Shown here one piece after another: positions 19,630 through 29,322 of a stretch of 47,495 nt of DNA. Numbering within the stretch: position 1 is the stretch's first letter; every line of letters begins with the position of its first letter. The DNA lies in assembly GCA_944388675.1 (NCBI GenBank), contig CALXJR010000002.1:1-47495 (forward strand). Direction: 5' to 3'. Made by a program: the position numbers and the translations under genes. The notes beneath the pieces are model-generated. The model was not told the DNA's origin, ran no database searches, and was given only the letters and a program-made list of their open reading frames with translations. Source of the stretch: an uncultured Clostridia bacterium. GTDB taxonomy: Bacteria; Bacillota; Clostridia; TANB77; CAG-508.

Positions 19630-20859
19630 ATGGAAGATAATCTGAAGCAGAATTTAATTAAATATAAGCAAGAGCATTTAATTCGCTTTTATAAAGAATT
19701 AGAGCCAAGTGAGAAACATTCTTTAACATACCAAATAAAACATATTGATTTTGATAAAATTATTTCACTTTATGAACATTCTATGATAGATGATTATATT
19801 GATTCTAGTAGAATTTCACCTATTCCTTATATTGATAAATCTAGCTTAACTAAAGATGAATTAAATTATTATACTGATATAGGTAACAATATTATTAAAC
19901 AAAACAAATTAGCTATTATTACACTTGCAGGTGGTCAAGGTACTAGACTTGGATATAAAGGACCTAAAGGGACTTATGAAATTGATGTTCCTCCTAAGAA
20001 ATCTTTGTTTGAATTTGTTTGTGATTATTTAAAAAATGTAAGAGATAAATTTGGTGTAGAACTTTATTGGTACATAATGACTAGTCCATCTAATGACACA
20101 GAGACAAAAATTTATTTTGAAAATAAAAACTTTTTTGGATATTCTAAAAATAAAATTAAGTTTTTTATTCAGTCTACTTTGCCAATTATAGATATTAATG
20201 GAAAAATAATTTTAGATAAACCTTACCAAATTAAAGAAGGCTCCAATGGTAATGGTGATGTTTTTAGAGCTTTTGCAGATGCAGGCTTTTTGAATCAATT
20301 AAAGAAAAATAAAATAGATTATATTTTTATTGGTGGAATAGATAACATATTACTTAACCCTACAGACCCTTTATTTTTAGGATTAACAGCAGATAGGAAA
20401 TATAATATTGCAAGTAAAAGTTTAGCAAAAAAGGATTTAACTACAAATGAATGGGTATTTGCAAATATTGATCATAAACCTTCTATCATAGACCCTAAAT
20501 TTTTATCAGATATTTATGCTAAGGATATTAATGGTAAATATTTATATAATCAAAAAAATATGCTTGCTCACTTGTTTTCTACAAATGCCTTTGAAAAACT
20601 TATATCAGTCCATTTACCATATCACAGGGCTTTTAAAAGAAATGATTTTATTAATGAAGAAGGAGTAAAAGTCGTTTCTACAAAACCAAATTCTTTTAAA
20701 TTTGAAAAGTTTATATTTGACTCTTTTAAATTTTTTGATAAAATTTTATTATTACAGGTTAAACCAGAAGAAGAATTTGCACCAATTAAATCTTTTACAG
20801 GAAGTCAAACTCCTGAAACTGCATTAAAATTATATTTAGATTATAAAAATAGATTATAA
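19630..20859 (+). CDS. UDPGP-family (eukaryotic-type UDP-sugar/UDP-GlcNAc pyrophosphorylase-like) uridylyltransferase
   Basis: 409 aa. Motif LAGGQGTRLGYKGPKG and overall layout match the UDPGP type 1 family (compare the 'probable uridylyltransferase' of staphylococci). Confidence 0.7.
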   Translation: MEDNLKQNLIKYKQEHLIRFYKELEPSEKHSLTYQIKHIDFDKIISLYEHSMIDDYIDSSRISPIPYIDKSSLTKDELNYYTDIGNNIIKQNKLAIITLAGGQGTRLGYKGPKGTYEIDVPPKKSLFEFVCDYLKNVRDKFGVELYWYIMTSPSNDTETKIYFENKNFFGYSKNKIKFFIQSTLPIIDINGKIILDKPYQIKEGSNGNGDVFRAFADAGFLNQLKKNKIDYIFIGGIDNILLNPTDPLFLGLTADRKYNIASKSLAKKDLTTNEWVFANIDHKPSIIDPKFLSDIYAKDINGKYLYNQKNMLAHLFSTNAFEKLISVHLPYHRAFKRNDFINEEGVKVVSTKPNSFKFEKFIFDSFKFFDKILLLQVKPEEEFAPIKSFTGSQTPETALKLYLDYKNRL

Positions 20860-20900
20860 TTTTATAAAAAAGTTTGTAACATTTTTATAATTTTTGAATA

Positions 20901-20936
20901 ATATATAATACTAACTTTAGTATTATATATTTTTTG
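20901..20936 (+). terminator. Rho-independent terminator (A/T-only stem)
   Basis: atatataatact (20901-20912) / agtattatatat (20919-20930) form a perfect 12-bp stem. It is followed by tttttt. Confidence 0.5.
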
Positions 20937-21037
20937 TATAATAAATATTTTTCTAGAATATATTTTAATGAGTATAATTTTAGGTTTATAGATTAATCCT
21001 TAAGTAAAAATCTAAATTTATTAAAAGGAAAATTTAT

Positions 21038-21190
21038 ATGAGTAATATTAATTTTAATGATTTAATGAAAATGTTATCACAAATGGATAAAAAAGAGCTT
21101 GAAGAAAATATGGCTAAAGCTACTAAGATTTTAAATTCTAAAGACCCTAATGCATTTTTTAAACAAATGAACAACAATAAACAAGATTAA
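21038..21190 (+). CDS. Small hypothetical protein (50 aa), below the ORF-track cut-off
   Basis: ATG at 21038 preceded by aaaagga. Translation: MSNINFNDLMKMLSQMDKKELEENMAKATKILNSKDPNAFFKQMNNNKQD. It lies directly upstream of, and on the same strand as, two further small genes. Confidence 0.45.
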   Translation: MSNINFNDLMKMLSQMDKKELEENMAKATKILNSKDPNAFFKQMNNNKQD

Positions 21191-21214
21191 CTTTTATTTT
21201 AGGTGGTGAATTAA

Positions 21215-21586
21215 ATGGCTGATATGTCTGATATGTTAAAAAACTTTGCATCTATGATGGATGGAAAAGAAATTCCAGATGATATAAAAGAAATGCTAAA
21301 TTCTCTTTCTAAGGAGAATAATTCTACTAAAACCAATGATGAAAAATCATCAGATTCAAATAATTCACCTTCTTTTAATTTAGATGTTGATACAATGATA
21401 AAGATGCAAAAATTAATGAATTCTTTAAAGAGTTCTCAAAATAGTTCTGGAGCTAATTTATTACGCGCATTAAAACCATATTTGAAACCAAGTAGGCAAG
21501 CTAAAGTTGATGAATATATTCAGCTTCTCGGTATAGAAAAGGTCTTTGAAATGATGAATAATTCTGGTGGTGATGCTGTAAAATGA
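21215..21586 (+). CDS. Hypothetical protein (123 aa)
   Basis: AGGTGGTGA SD. Hydrophilic, with a conserved-looking C-terminus LLRALKPYLKPSRQAKVDEYIQLL. Its stop overlaps the next start (ATGA). Confidence 0.6.
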   Translation: MADMSDMLKNFASMMDGKEIPDDIKEMLNSLSKENNSTKTNDEKSSDSNNSPSFNLDVDTMIKMQKLMNSLKSSQNSSGANLLRALKPYLKPSRQAKVDEYIQLLGIEKVFEMMNNSGGDAVK

Positions 21587-21927
21587 TGGCAAATTATCCC
21601 TTTTTTGGCTTTCCAAATTATATAAACTTTATGAATAATGGTGTAAGAAGTCCTTCCCCACCACCACCTAATTTTACTCGTGAAAGAAAAGTAAATATTA
21701 ATAATACTAGACCAAATTTACAAAAAATTGCTAGTACAACTTCAAATGCAAATCAAACTAATGATAAAAGAAATCTAAATTCTGATGATGCCCCTATTAT
21801 TAATTTATTTGGTATAAATTTATATTTTGATGATATTCTTATTATATGTTTAATTTTTTTCTTATATAATGAAAAAGTAACAGATTATTATTTATTCTTT
21901 GTACTTATTCTATTGTTGCTTTCATAA
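21583..21927 (+). CDS. Hypothetical protein (114 aa) with a Pro-rich N-terminal part and a C-terminal hydrophobic segment
   Basis: Translationally coupled (ATGA) to the previous ORF. The C-terminal sequence ILIICLIFFLY...LFFVLILLLLS looks like a TM helix. Confidence 0.5.
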   Translation: MMANYPFFGFPNYINFMNNGVRSPSPPPPNFTRERKVNINNTRPNLQKIASTTSNANQTNDKRNLNSDDAPIINLFGINLYFDDILIICLIFFLYNEKVTDYYLFFVLILLLLS

Positions 21928-21934
21928 AAATTTT

Positions 21935-21970
21935 GCCAATTAGGAACACTCCTAATTGGCGAAATTTTTA
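21935..21970. terminator. Bidirectional terminator between convergent genes
   Basis: gccaattagga-acac-tcctaattggc forms an 11-bp perfect stem. T-rich sequence follows on both strands. Confidence 0.6.
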
Positions 21971-21990
21971 GCTATCAACTTTTTATTAAT

Positions 21991-22047
21991 CTGTCCCCAA
22001 AAACATCTATTGGATGTTTTTTGAAAACGTCCCCCAAAGCACCCATT
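21991..22047 (-). repeat. 57-bp repeat element, copy A (immediately 3' of the minC stop)
   Basis: ctgtccccaaaaacatctattggatgttttttgaaaacgtcccccaaagcacccatt is ~85% identical to 41775-41831, in the same orientation. It contains two TTTGGGGAC direct repeats (minus strand) flanking an aaaaacatc/gatgttttt inverted repeat. Confidence 0.7.
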
Positions 22048-22663
22048 ATTCTAAAATCATTTTTCCTTTTTCATTTATGTAAGCATATGTTTTCCTTGTT
22101 TCTTCCATTATTTCTTCTTTTTCTCTTTCTTTTACAATGTTTGAAATTCTTAATTGTGGTGCTTCTATAGATGAGGCAGCAATTATTGCATCTCTATTTC
22201 CTTTAGCTCCAGCATGTGCTAACCCTCTTAGTATTCCTAGAATTACTATATTTTCTCCAGCTATAACTTCTGCTCCATCGTTTACATCTCCTAGGACAAC
22301 CAAACTTCCTTCAAATTCTATTTTTTGACCAGATCTTAATGAACCTTTATGGAATTTTGTTTCTGATGTTGCTATTTCCTTGCTATATGATTTTACTATA
22401 CCATGTAATCCTAAGCTTCTAGGACTATCAAATTTTATTTCTACATCTAAATATCTTTTTATAAGGTCCTGTATTTCGTCTATTTCTCTATTTTTTAATA
22501 CTTTTCCTGTTATTACAATTGGTGTTGTTTCATCTTTATATAATTTTTTTAAGTCTGGAATTTTCTTTCTTAAAGCATATAATATTTCTTCTTGTTCTGC
22601 TGAGTCAGCTATTTTTATAACTATATTATCTTTCTTTAAATTTATGCTAACACAATTTTTCAT
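22046..22663 (-). CDS. minC: Septum site-determining protein MinC
   Basis: 205 aa. The C-terminal beta-helix region GSLVVLGDVNDGAEVIAGENIVILGILRGLAHAGAKGNRDAIIAA fits MinC. It is the last gene of the mre operon. Confidence 0.85.
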   Translation of the reverse strand: MKNCVSINLKKDNIVIKIADSAEQEEILYALRKKIPDLKKLYKDETTPIVITGKVLKNREIDEIQDLIKRYLDVEIKFDSPRSLGLHGIVKSYSKEIATSETKFHKGSLRSGQKIEFEGSLVVLGDVNDGAEVIAGENIVILGILRGLAHAGAKGNRDAIIAASSIEAPQLRISNIVKEREKEEIMEETRKTYAYINEKGKMILE

Positions 22664-22678
22664 AATTCTACATCCTTT

Positions 22679-24769
22679 TTAATTAATAATTTGTATTGTT
22701 GGTAATGCTGTTACATCTTCTGTTACTTCATTTATATTCATTCCAAAGTATTGTGCAATAATGTCTCTTGCAACTTCAGCTGTGTCTCCTCCATGTTGAC
22801 CATTTCTTACAAATACAACAATTGCTATCTCTGGGTCATCAAATGGTGCAAATCCAACGAACCATGCATTTGTTTTTCCTTCAACACCTGTTTGCGCAGA
22901 ACCTGTTTTTCCTCCTACTTCTATATTAAAGTTTCTAAATGTTGAATATGCTGTTCCTCCAGATTCGCTTGTAACTCCCCTCATTCCTTCTAGTATAGCG
23001 TCTAAGTTTTCTTGGTTTATTTGTAAGTCTTCTGTTGTGTCTTCTGTTAAACCTAATCTTTCGTTAACATATGATTCATATTCATCTCTTGGAACTTCAC
23101 TTCCATCTGCATTTACTATTGATTTAACAATTGTAATGTCAAGATGTTTTCCTCCATTTGCAAGTGTTGCAACATATTTTGCCATTTGTATTGGTGTAAA
23201 AGTATTATAACTTTGTCCAATTGCTGCAGATATTGTTTCTCCTGGATTCCATGTTCTATTTTCTTGCTCTGCAATTTTTGTGCTAGCTAAGACTCCTGGT
23301 ATCTCTCCTACAAGTTCTATTCCAGTTTTACGTCCTAATCCTAGATAAGATGCATATTTTGCAAGGTTATCTATTCCAACTCTATCTCCTACTTCATAGA
23401 AGAAATAGTTACAAGAATGTTGTATAGCCTGTGACACATTTAACCTTCCATGTCCTCCACTTTTCCAACATCTCCAACTACTATTATATTTTCTGTAAAT
23501 TCCTGTATCATTAATTCTTTCTGTTGTAGTAATCGCTCCAGTTTCTAAGCCTGCAAGAGCTGTTGCCATTTTAAATGTAGAGCCTGGTGAATACATTGCA
23601 GATATTGCTTTGTTTTCCAATGGTTTTGTATCATTATTAATATAATAATTCCAAGTATTAGTATCTATTCCATTTATAAATGCAGAAGGGTCATAATCTG
23701 GATAACTTGCCATTGCTAAAACTTCACCTGTTTTTACATTTAAAACAACAGCTGCTCCGGCATCTGCTGGTGTTTCTCCACTTGAAGCATTGCTTGCAAG
23801 TTTTGCAATATTATTTTTTAATGCTTCTTCTGTTACTGCTTGTAATTTTGAATCTATTGTAAGAATAACATCTGCACCAGATATTGCCTCTTTTGAAACA
23901 TATTCGTCTGTTATTGCTCCATCAACATCCATGTCTATTTGTTTTACACCATCTGTGCCTTTTAGATATTTTTCAAAAACATACTCAATTCCAGCTTTTC
24001 CTATTATATCATTTTGGTCGTATATATCTTCATTACCTTCTAATTCGCTCTCTTCTATTTGACCAATTCTTCCTATTATATGTGAAGCAGTTGTACCTAA
24101 AGGATATGTTCTTACAGATTTTTCAATTATTTCTACTCCTGGGAATTCTGCATTTCTTTCTTTTATTTGTAAAAGAGTAGCTCTACTTATATTACTTGAT
24201 ATTTCTATAGATTTTGTACTGCTGTAACCATTATATGAGATTTCATATCTTATTGCCATTATTTTTCTTGCATCCTCTACATTATCTGTAGTTATATTAT
24301 ATTTATTTTTGAAATAGTTAAAAGCTTCTTCTGCTGTTGCATTTTCATCTATGTTGTTTGCTTTTTTCCATGCTTTCTGACTGCTTTCTTCCTGCAATTT
24401 AAAACTGTATGGATTAATATTTATAAGGAACTCATCCACATAACTATCACCATTTGTGGATAATAGATTTATTATTCTTAATATTGTATCATTTAATGCT
24501 TCATCTGTTGCTTTTGTTTTGTATAATACTAATGCATATTGAGATTCTACACCAGCAATTAATGTTCCTGAACTGTCTCTAATATTTCCTCTATCTGCTT
24601 CTAGTACACTTTCTCTTGTAAGCCTTGTATTTGAAGTTTCCCTATACTCTTCACCATGTACAATTTGAAGATTAAATAATTGTCCAAGTAATATTATTCC
24701 AATTATGTATACTATAATTGTTATTATGTTATATCTAATTCTATCATTTTTTTCTCTAATTTTACCCAA
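22679..24769 (-). CDS. mrdA: Penicillin-binding protein 2 (elongasome transpeptidase)
   Basis: 696 aa with an N-terminal TM segment. Motifs: SxxK (STFK), SxN (SCN), KTG (GKTGSAQ). Located downstream of mreBCD. Likely TTG start. Confidence 0.85.
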   Translation of the reverse strand: MGKIREKNDRIRYNIITIIVYIIGIILLGQLFNLQIVHGEEYRETSNTRLTRESVLEADRGNIRDSSGTLIAGVESQYALVLYKTKATDEALNDTILRIINLLSTNGDSYVDEFLININPYSFKLQEESSQKAWKKANNIDENATAEEAFNYFKNKYNITTDNVEDARKIMAIRYEISYNGYSSTKSIEISSNISRATLLQIKERNAEFPGVEIIEKSVRTYPLGTTASHIIGRIGQIEESELEGNEDIYDQNDIIGKAGIEYVFEKYLKGTDGVKQIDMDVDGAITDEYVSKEAISGADVILTIDSKLQAVTEEALKNNIAKLASNASSGETPADAGAAVVLNVKTGEVLAMASYPDYDPSAFINGIDTNTWNYYINNDTKPLENKAISAMYSPGSTFKMATALAGLETGAITTTERINDTGIYRKYNSSWRCWKSGGHGRLNVSQAIQHSCNYFFYEVGDRVGIDNLAKYASYLGLGRKTGIELVGEIPGVLASTKIAEQENRTWNPGETISAAIGQSYNTFTPIQMAKYVATLANGGKHLDITIVKSIVNADGSEVPRDEYESYVNERLGLTEDTTEDLQINQENLDAILEGMRGVTSESGGTAYSTFRNFNIEVGGKTGSAQTGVEGKTNAWFVGFAPFDDPEIAIVVFVRNGQHGGDTAEVARDIIAQYFGMNINEVTEDVTALPTIQIIN

Positions 24770-24793
24770 TATACTTCTCTTCTCCTTAATTTA

Positions 24794-25327
24794 TTAAAAA
24801 TATCTTGTAAGCATAAATTTATCATCAAATAAATTTTCTAAATAGTATCCTGCCTTTTTTATTAATGGATATATTATTATTGTAATTAAAGTATTAAATA
24901 ATATTTCTATTATTAATATTTTTAAAAATGGAATAATTTCAATATCTGCACTTAATCTTAACATACTTAATACATATACTAAAATCTCGTAAATTGCTGT
25001 TGAAACTATTACCATTAAAGTAACTATAAATCTACTATCTTTTGAAAAGTTTTTACTTAATATTTCTCCAAGTAACCCTATTATTCCAAGTCCTAATGCA
25101 GATATTCCTACTACTCTTCCTAATACTATGTCTAAATATAATCCAAATATTAAACCTAGAACTAAACCTAATTTTCTTTTTACAAATAAGCCAATAAATA
25201 ATACTAATATTACATATAAATTAGGCATTATTCCTGCTATTGTAAACCATGTAAAGAAATTAGATTGTAAGAAATATATTATAAAAAAGGTTAATATTAA
25301 ACAAAATATTGATATAGCTTTCTTCAT
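24794..25327 (-). CDS. mreD: Rod shape-determining protein MreD
   Basis: 177 aa polytopic membrane protein, positioned after mreC. Confidence 0.8.
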   Translation of the reverse strand: MKKAISIFCLILTFFIIYFLQSNFFTWFTIAGIMPNLYVILVLFIGLFVKRKLGLVLGLIFGLYLDIVLGRVVGISALGLGIIGLLGEILSKNFSKDSRFIVTLMVIVSTAIYEILVYVLSMLRLSADIEIIPFLKILIIEILFNTLITIIIYPLIKKAGYYLENLFDDKFMLTRYF

Positions 25328-25346
25328 ATTTTTTCTTCTTCACTTT

Positions 25347-26162
25347 CTAATTTGTTATTACCAAAACAGTTTCTACTTTATTAATATCAACTGCTGGCTC
25401 TATTACTGCATATCTGTTTGTTAAATTTTTTGTATCTACTATGCTTTTTACAGTTCCTATTGTTATTCCTTTTGGATATATACCTCCTAGTCCTGAGGTT
25501 TCTATTTTATCTCCCTCTAATATTGTTGCATCTGTTGGTATATATGTAGCTCTTAGCATATCGTTATCATCTAGATTACCTTTTACTATTACAGCATCTC
25601 TTGTTGTTCCAACAAGGCTACTTACCGCACTTGAGGTATCTAATAAAGTTTGTACTTTTGCAGTAGTTCCAGTTACTGATATAACGTGTCCTACTAAACC
25701 TTCATCAGCTATTACTGCCATTCCTTCAGAAATTCCATCATCTGAACCAATATTAATAACTATAATATTGCTATAATTGCTTGTATCTCTATTTATTACA
25801 TAGCCTGGGACAGTAGTGTATTCTGTGTATTTATCTTTTAAATTTACATATTCTTTTAATGTTTCATTTTCAGCCTTTATAATTTCTAGTTCTCTTAAAG
25901 ATTGTTCTAATTTACTATTTTCATCCTTTAAACTTTCGTTTTCTTCCTTTAATGTTGATATATCTGAGAAAAATGTATTATTTCCTGTTATTTTATTTTT
26001 TAAATATGTTATTCCATTTTGTACAGGCATTACTAAAGAACTTAACGCACCACCAATTTGCGAAAAGTTTTCTATTTCTATATTTGAAACTACTACTATT
26101 GTTATTAAAATAATAACTGTGACTATTATTCCTATGATTCCAGTTTTTTTATTTCTATACAT
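25347..26162 (-). CDS. mreC: Rod shape-determining protein MreC
   Basis: 271 aa. Has an N-terminal TM segment, a coiled coil (LKEENESLKDENSKLEQSLRELE) and a C-terminal beta domain. Positioned after mreB. Confidence 0.85.
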   Translation of the reverse strand: MYRNKKTGIIGIIVTVIILITIVVVSNIEIENFSQIGGALSSLVMPVQNGITYLKNKITGNNTFFSDISTLKEENESLKDENSKLEQSLRELEIIKAENETLKEYVNLKDKYTEYTTVPGYVINRDTSNYSNIIVINIGSDDGISEGMAVIADEGLVGHVISVTGTTAKVQTLLDTSSAVSSLVGTTRDAVIVKGNLDDNDMLRATYIPTDATILEGDKIETSGLGGIYPKGITIGTVKSIVDTKNLTNRYAVIEPAVDINKVETVLVITN

Positions 26163-26300
26163 TTCCTAGTAGATGATAGCTTTTAAACTAACATCTTTCC
26201 TCCTTTTACTAATTATGTGTAAGCCTAAACTTACATAAACTAGATGGATGAAATTTTTCATCCCTTATCTCCTTATGTTTGTCTATTTTTAGTTAATAGT

Positions 26301-27335
26301 TTATTGTTTATTTTTTCTTGCATTTATTAAAGCAGTTCTTAACTTGTCCATATCTTCTATTGTTTTTCCTGTGCCGTTTGCTACACAATCTAGTGGCTTG
26401 TCTGCAATATATACTGGTATTTCTGTTTTTTGTGAGATTAACATATCTATGTTTTTAATTAATGCTCCTCCACCAGTTAAAGTAATTCCTCTTTCTACTA
26501 TGTCTGATGCAAGTTCAGGTGGAGTTTTTTCAAGTGTAGCTCTTACTAAATCTATTATTTTTTCTATAGAAGGTGTCATTGCTTCTAAAACATCATCTGA
26601 TGTTATAACTCTATTTTCTGGAAGCCCTGAGCTTAAGTCTCTTCCTCTAACTTCCATAGATTTTTTTGTAACTAATGGCATTGCGCAACCAAGTTCTATC
26701 TTAACTTGTTCTGCTGTGGTACTACCTATTGCAAGATTTAAATTGTCTTTTACATAGTTTATTATATCATCATCAAATACATCTCCTGCAATTTTTATTG
26801 AATCACTTATAACAATTCCACCTAAAGATATAACAGCAACCTCTGTTGTTCCTCCTCCAATGTCTAAAACCATATTTCCATTTGGTTCTGCAACATCTAA
26901 GCCTGCACCAATTGCTGCTGCCATTGGTTCTTCTATTAAATATACCTCTCTTGCTCCTGCTTGTGAAACAGCTTCTTGCACAGCTCTTTCTTCCACTTCG
27001 GTTATTCCTGATGGAACTCCTACAACTACTCTTGGTCTTCCTACATTATATCTTCTACAAATTTTTGTAATTATATTTTTTATCATTAATTGTGTTGCAG
27101 TAAAGTCCGCTATAACTCCTTCTTTCATTGGTCTTACAGCTTTTATTTGCTCAGGAGTTCTTCCAAGCATTTCTTTTGCTTCATGTCCTGTTGCAACAAT
27201 TCTTCCTGTTCTTCTGTCTATAGCTACAACTGATGGTTCATTTAGAACTATTCCCTTATCTTTAATTGTAATTAAAATATTAGATGTTCCTAAGTCCATC
27301 CCAATATCTTTTGATCCTAATGAAAAAAAACTCAT
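26301..27335 (-). CDS. mreB: Rod shape-determining actin homolog MreB
   Basis: Motifs IGMDLGTSN..., DIGGGTTEVAV and GGGALI. The start is placed at ATG 27335, which overlaps the radC stop as ATGA. The track's TTG at 27347 abuts the SD. Confidence 0.9.
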   Translation of the reverse strand: MSFFSLGSKDIGMDLGTSNILITIKDKGIVLNEPSVVAIDRRTGRIVATGHEAKEMLGRTPEQIKAVRPMKEGVIADFTATQLMIKNIITKICRRYNVGRPRVVVGVPSGITEVEERAVQEAVSQAGAREVYLIEEPMAAAIGAGLDVAEPNGNMVLDIGGGTTEVAVISLGGIVISDSIKIAGDVFDDDIINYVKDNLNLAIGSTTAEQVKIELGCAMPLVTKKSMEVRGRDLSSGLPENRVITSDDVLEAMTPSIEKIIDLVRATLEKTPPELASDIVERGITLTGGGALIKNIDMLISQKTEIPVYIADKPLDCVANGTGKTIEDMDKLRTALINARKNKQ

Positions 27336-28030
27336 TTTTTTATCCAATCCTTCCTATTTCGAAAAACGCTTTCATATCGTTCATTTGCAATTATAATATG
27401 GTCAACTAATTGTATTCCTAGCATTTCTCCTGCTTTATATACTGTTTTTGTAAGATTTTTGTCTTGCTCACTTGGTCTCGGATCTCCGCTTGGATGATTG
27501 TGTACCAAGATTATCCTTGGTGCTCCCATTTTTATTGGTTCTGTAAAAATATCTTTTGGATCAACCATTGCAAAATCTGTTGCTCCATAAGAAACATCAA
27601 TTATCTTTAGCAATATATTTCTCCTATTTAGTATTAATACTTTTAATTTTTCTCTTCTTTCGAATTTTAATTCATTCATTAGTAGTCTTACTACATCTAT
27701 AGATGTTATAATTCTAACGTTTATATTTTCTATAGGTCTAGAAATTCTTTTGGTAAGTTCACAAACAGCTTTTAGTTGTATTGCTTTTACTCTTCCAATA
27801 CCTTTTATTTGCATAAACTCTTCAATTGATATATCTTGTAAAAACTGTAGATTGTATTCTTCGTTTTTGCCAAGTTTTAGTACTTCTTGTGCTAATTCTA
27901 CAGACGTTTTTTCGTTTGTTCCTGTTTTAATTATTATTGCAAGTAATTCTGAATTTGATAAACTTTCACTTCCATACATTTGCATCTTTTCATATGGTCT
28001 TTCTGATTCGGGTAGTTTTTTTATTGTCAT
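27332..28030 (-). CDS. radC: RadC-family JAB-domain protein
   Basis: 232 aa. N-terminal HhH-like region (LSNSELLAIIIKTGT) and JAMM motif HNHPSGDPRPSEQD. Confidence 0.85.
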   Translation of the reverse strand: MTIKKLPESERPYEKMQMYGSESLSNSELLAIIIKTGTNEKTSVELAQEVLKLGKNEEYNLQFLQDISIEEFMQIKGIGRVKAIQLKAVCELTKRISRPIENINVRIITSIDVVRLLMNELKFERREKLKVLILNRRNILLKIIDVSYGATDFAMVDPKDIFTEPIKMGAPRIILVHNHPSGDPRPSEQDKNLTKTVYKAGEMLGIQLVDHIIIANERYESVFRNRKDWIKK

Positions 28031-28061
28031 TTTTATTTCCTTTCTACCCTTATTTTATTTA

Positions 28062-28316
28062 CTATAAAGCTTTTCTGTATATAAACAATGAAATTATTAC
28101 ACCTAGTATGCTTGCAATATTTATTTTAAACATTATCGCAAATTGTAATGTTATTACACCTAAATCAAGTTTTAATGGTTCTGATAGTCCAAACTCTTGT
28201 CCATATGATAACCACCATAAAAAATTAACTCCTGATGTAAGCTCTCCTATTAGACCTCCAATTACCAATCCTGCTAAAATAAATATTATACAAACCCAAG
28301 TACCTTTTCCCTTCAT
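28062..28316 (-). CDS. DUF4321-like small membrane protein
   Basis: 84 aa. The pattern ..FILAGLVIGGLIGE...LSYGQEFGLSEPLKLDLGVITLQF....IFIYRK resembles the DUF4321 family found upstream of the maf/radC/mre genes in clostridia (recalled from memory). Confidence 0.6.
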   Translation of the reverse strand: MKGKGTWVCIIFILAGLVIGGLIGELTSGVNFLWWLSYGQEFGLSEPLKLDLGVITLQFAIMFKINIASILGVIISLFIYRKAL

Positions 28317-28397
28317 TTTTTCCTCCGTTTATTTTTTCTTTTTTCTTTTATTTTTGCCTTACGGAAATTTTAATTTCCATATCTTACATATAAACGT

Positions 28398-28426
28398 ATT
28401 ATATATTGAATTAGTGTTTTTTTCAA
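28398..28426 (-). promoter_or_regulatory. Sigma-A type promoter of the DUF4321-radC-mreBCD-PBP2-minC operon
   Basis: Minus strand reads TTGAAA - 17 nt - TATAAT. Confidence 0.55.
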
Positions 28427-28623
28427 GACTATAATGTGTATTTAATAATTTTTTATATTTTCGTCAAAATTTTCTTTATTTTTTCTAAATTTTATGTTAT
28501 ATTTAGTATTACATTTTTGATAACTATTAAATATAATATTATATATAGCTTTTTCCATTTTTTGTCCATTTAAAAACTTATATTTTAATAGTATAATATA
28601 GGTAATGGCATAAGGAGGTAGTA

Positions 28624-29241
28624 ATGAAGTTCGAAAAGGTTAATAATGATAAAATAAAAATAACTCTAAGTAATGCAGACTTAGAGGCAAATGATATTGA
28701 TTATCATTCTTTTATGTCTGATTCTTATGAGACTCGTTCTTTGTTCTTGAGTGTTCTTGACAAAGCTGAAAGAGATTATGGGTTCTCTACTGATAATTAT
28801 CAATTAAAAGTTGAAACTTTAGCATTAGAAAATGGTACATTTATTTTGACAATTACAAGGTCTTTAGCACCAAATGATACATCAAAAAGGAAACTAAGAG
28901 TTTCTAGGAAGACTCCTAAAATATCTTCACAATCTTTAATTTATAAATTTAATGATTTTGAAGATTTATGTAGCTTTATAAGATCTTTAAATAATAATAT
29001 TTCTGTGGATTTTAAAAATGTTTCTAAAAATAATTTACTTTATTTATATAATAACAATTATTACTTAGTTTTTGATAGAGTGAATATAGATAATCCTTAT
29101 TTGAAAATTATATATTCATCTATTACAGAATTTGCTACATATGTTAAGTACTCAAATGTCTTTGTTGCAAAGATGAGAGAGTCTGGGAAACTTTTAATGG
29201 ATAAAAATGCAATAAAAATATGCCAAAAATATTTTATATAA
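28624..29241 (+). CDS. mecA: Adaptor protein MecA
   Basis: 205 aa with an AAGGAGG SD. The N-terminus MKFEKVNNDKIKITLSNADLEANDID is typical of MecA (MKIERINDNTIKVFLTYDDLEERGI-type). Confidence 0.7.
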   Translation: MKFEKVNNDKIKITLSNADLEANDIDYHSFMSDSYETRSLFLSVLDKAERDYGFSTDNYQLKVETLALENGTFILTITRSLAPNDTSKRKLRVSRKTPKISSQSLIYKFNDFEDLCSFIRSLNNNISVDFKNVSKNNLLYLYNNNYYLVFDRVNIDNPYLKIIYSSITEFATYVKYSNVFVAKMRESGKLLMDKNAIKICQKYFI

Positions 29242-29280
29242 ATAGCATAATAAACAGTTTATAAATAGTGTTTAAAAATT

Positions 29281-29319
29281 AAAAGACCGATTTATATTTT
29301 GATTATAAATCAGTCTTTT
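29281..29319. terminator. Bidirectional terminator between mecA and the M23 peptidase gene
   Basis: aaaagaccgatttata / tataaatcagtctttt form a 16-bp stem with one mismatch. An A-run precedes it and a T-run follows it. Confidence 0.65.
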
Positions 29320-29322
29320 TTA

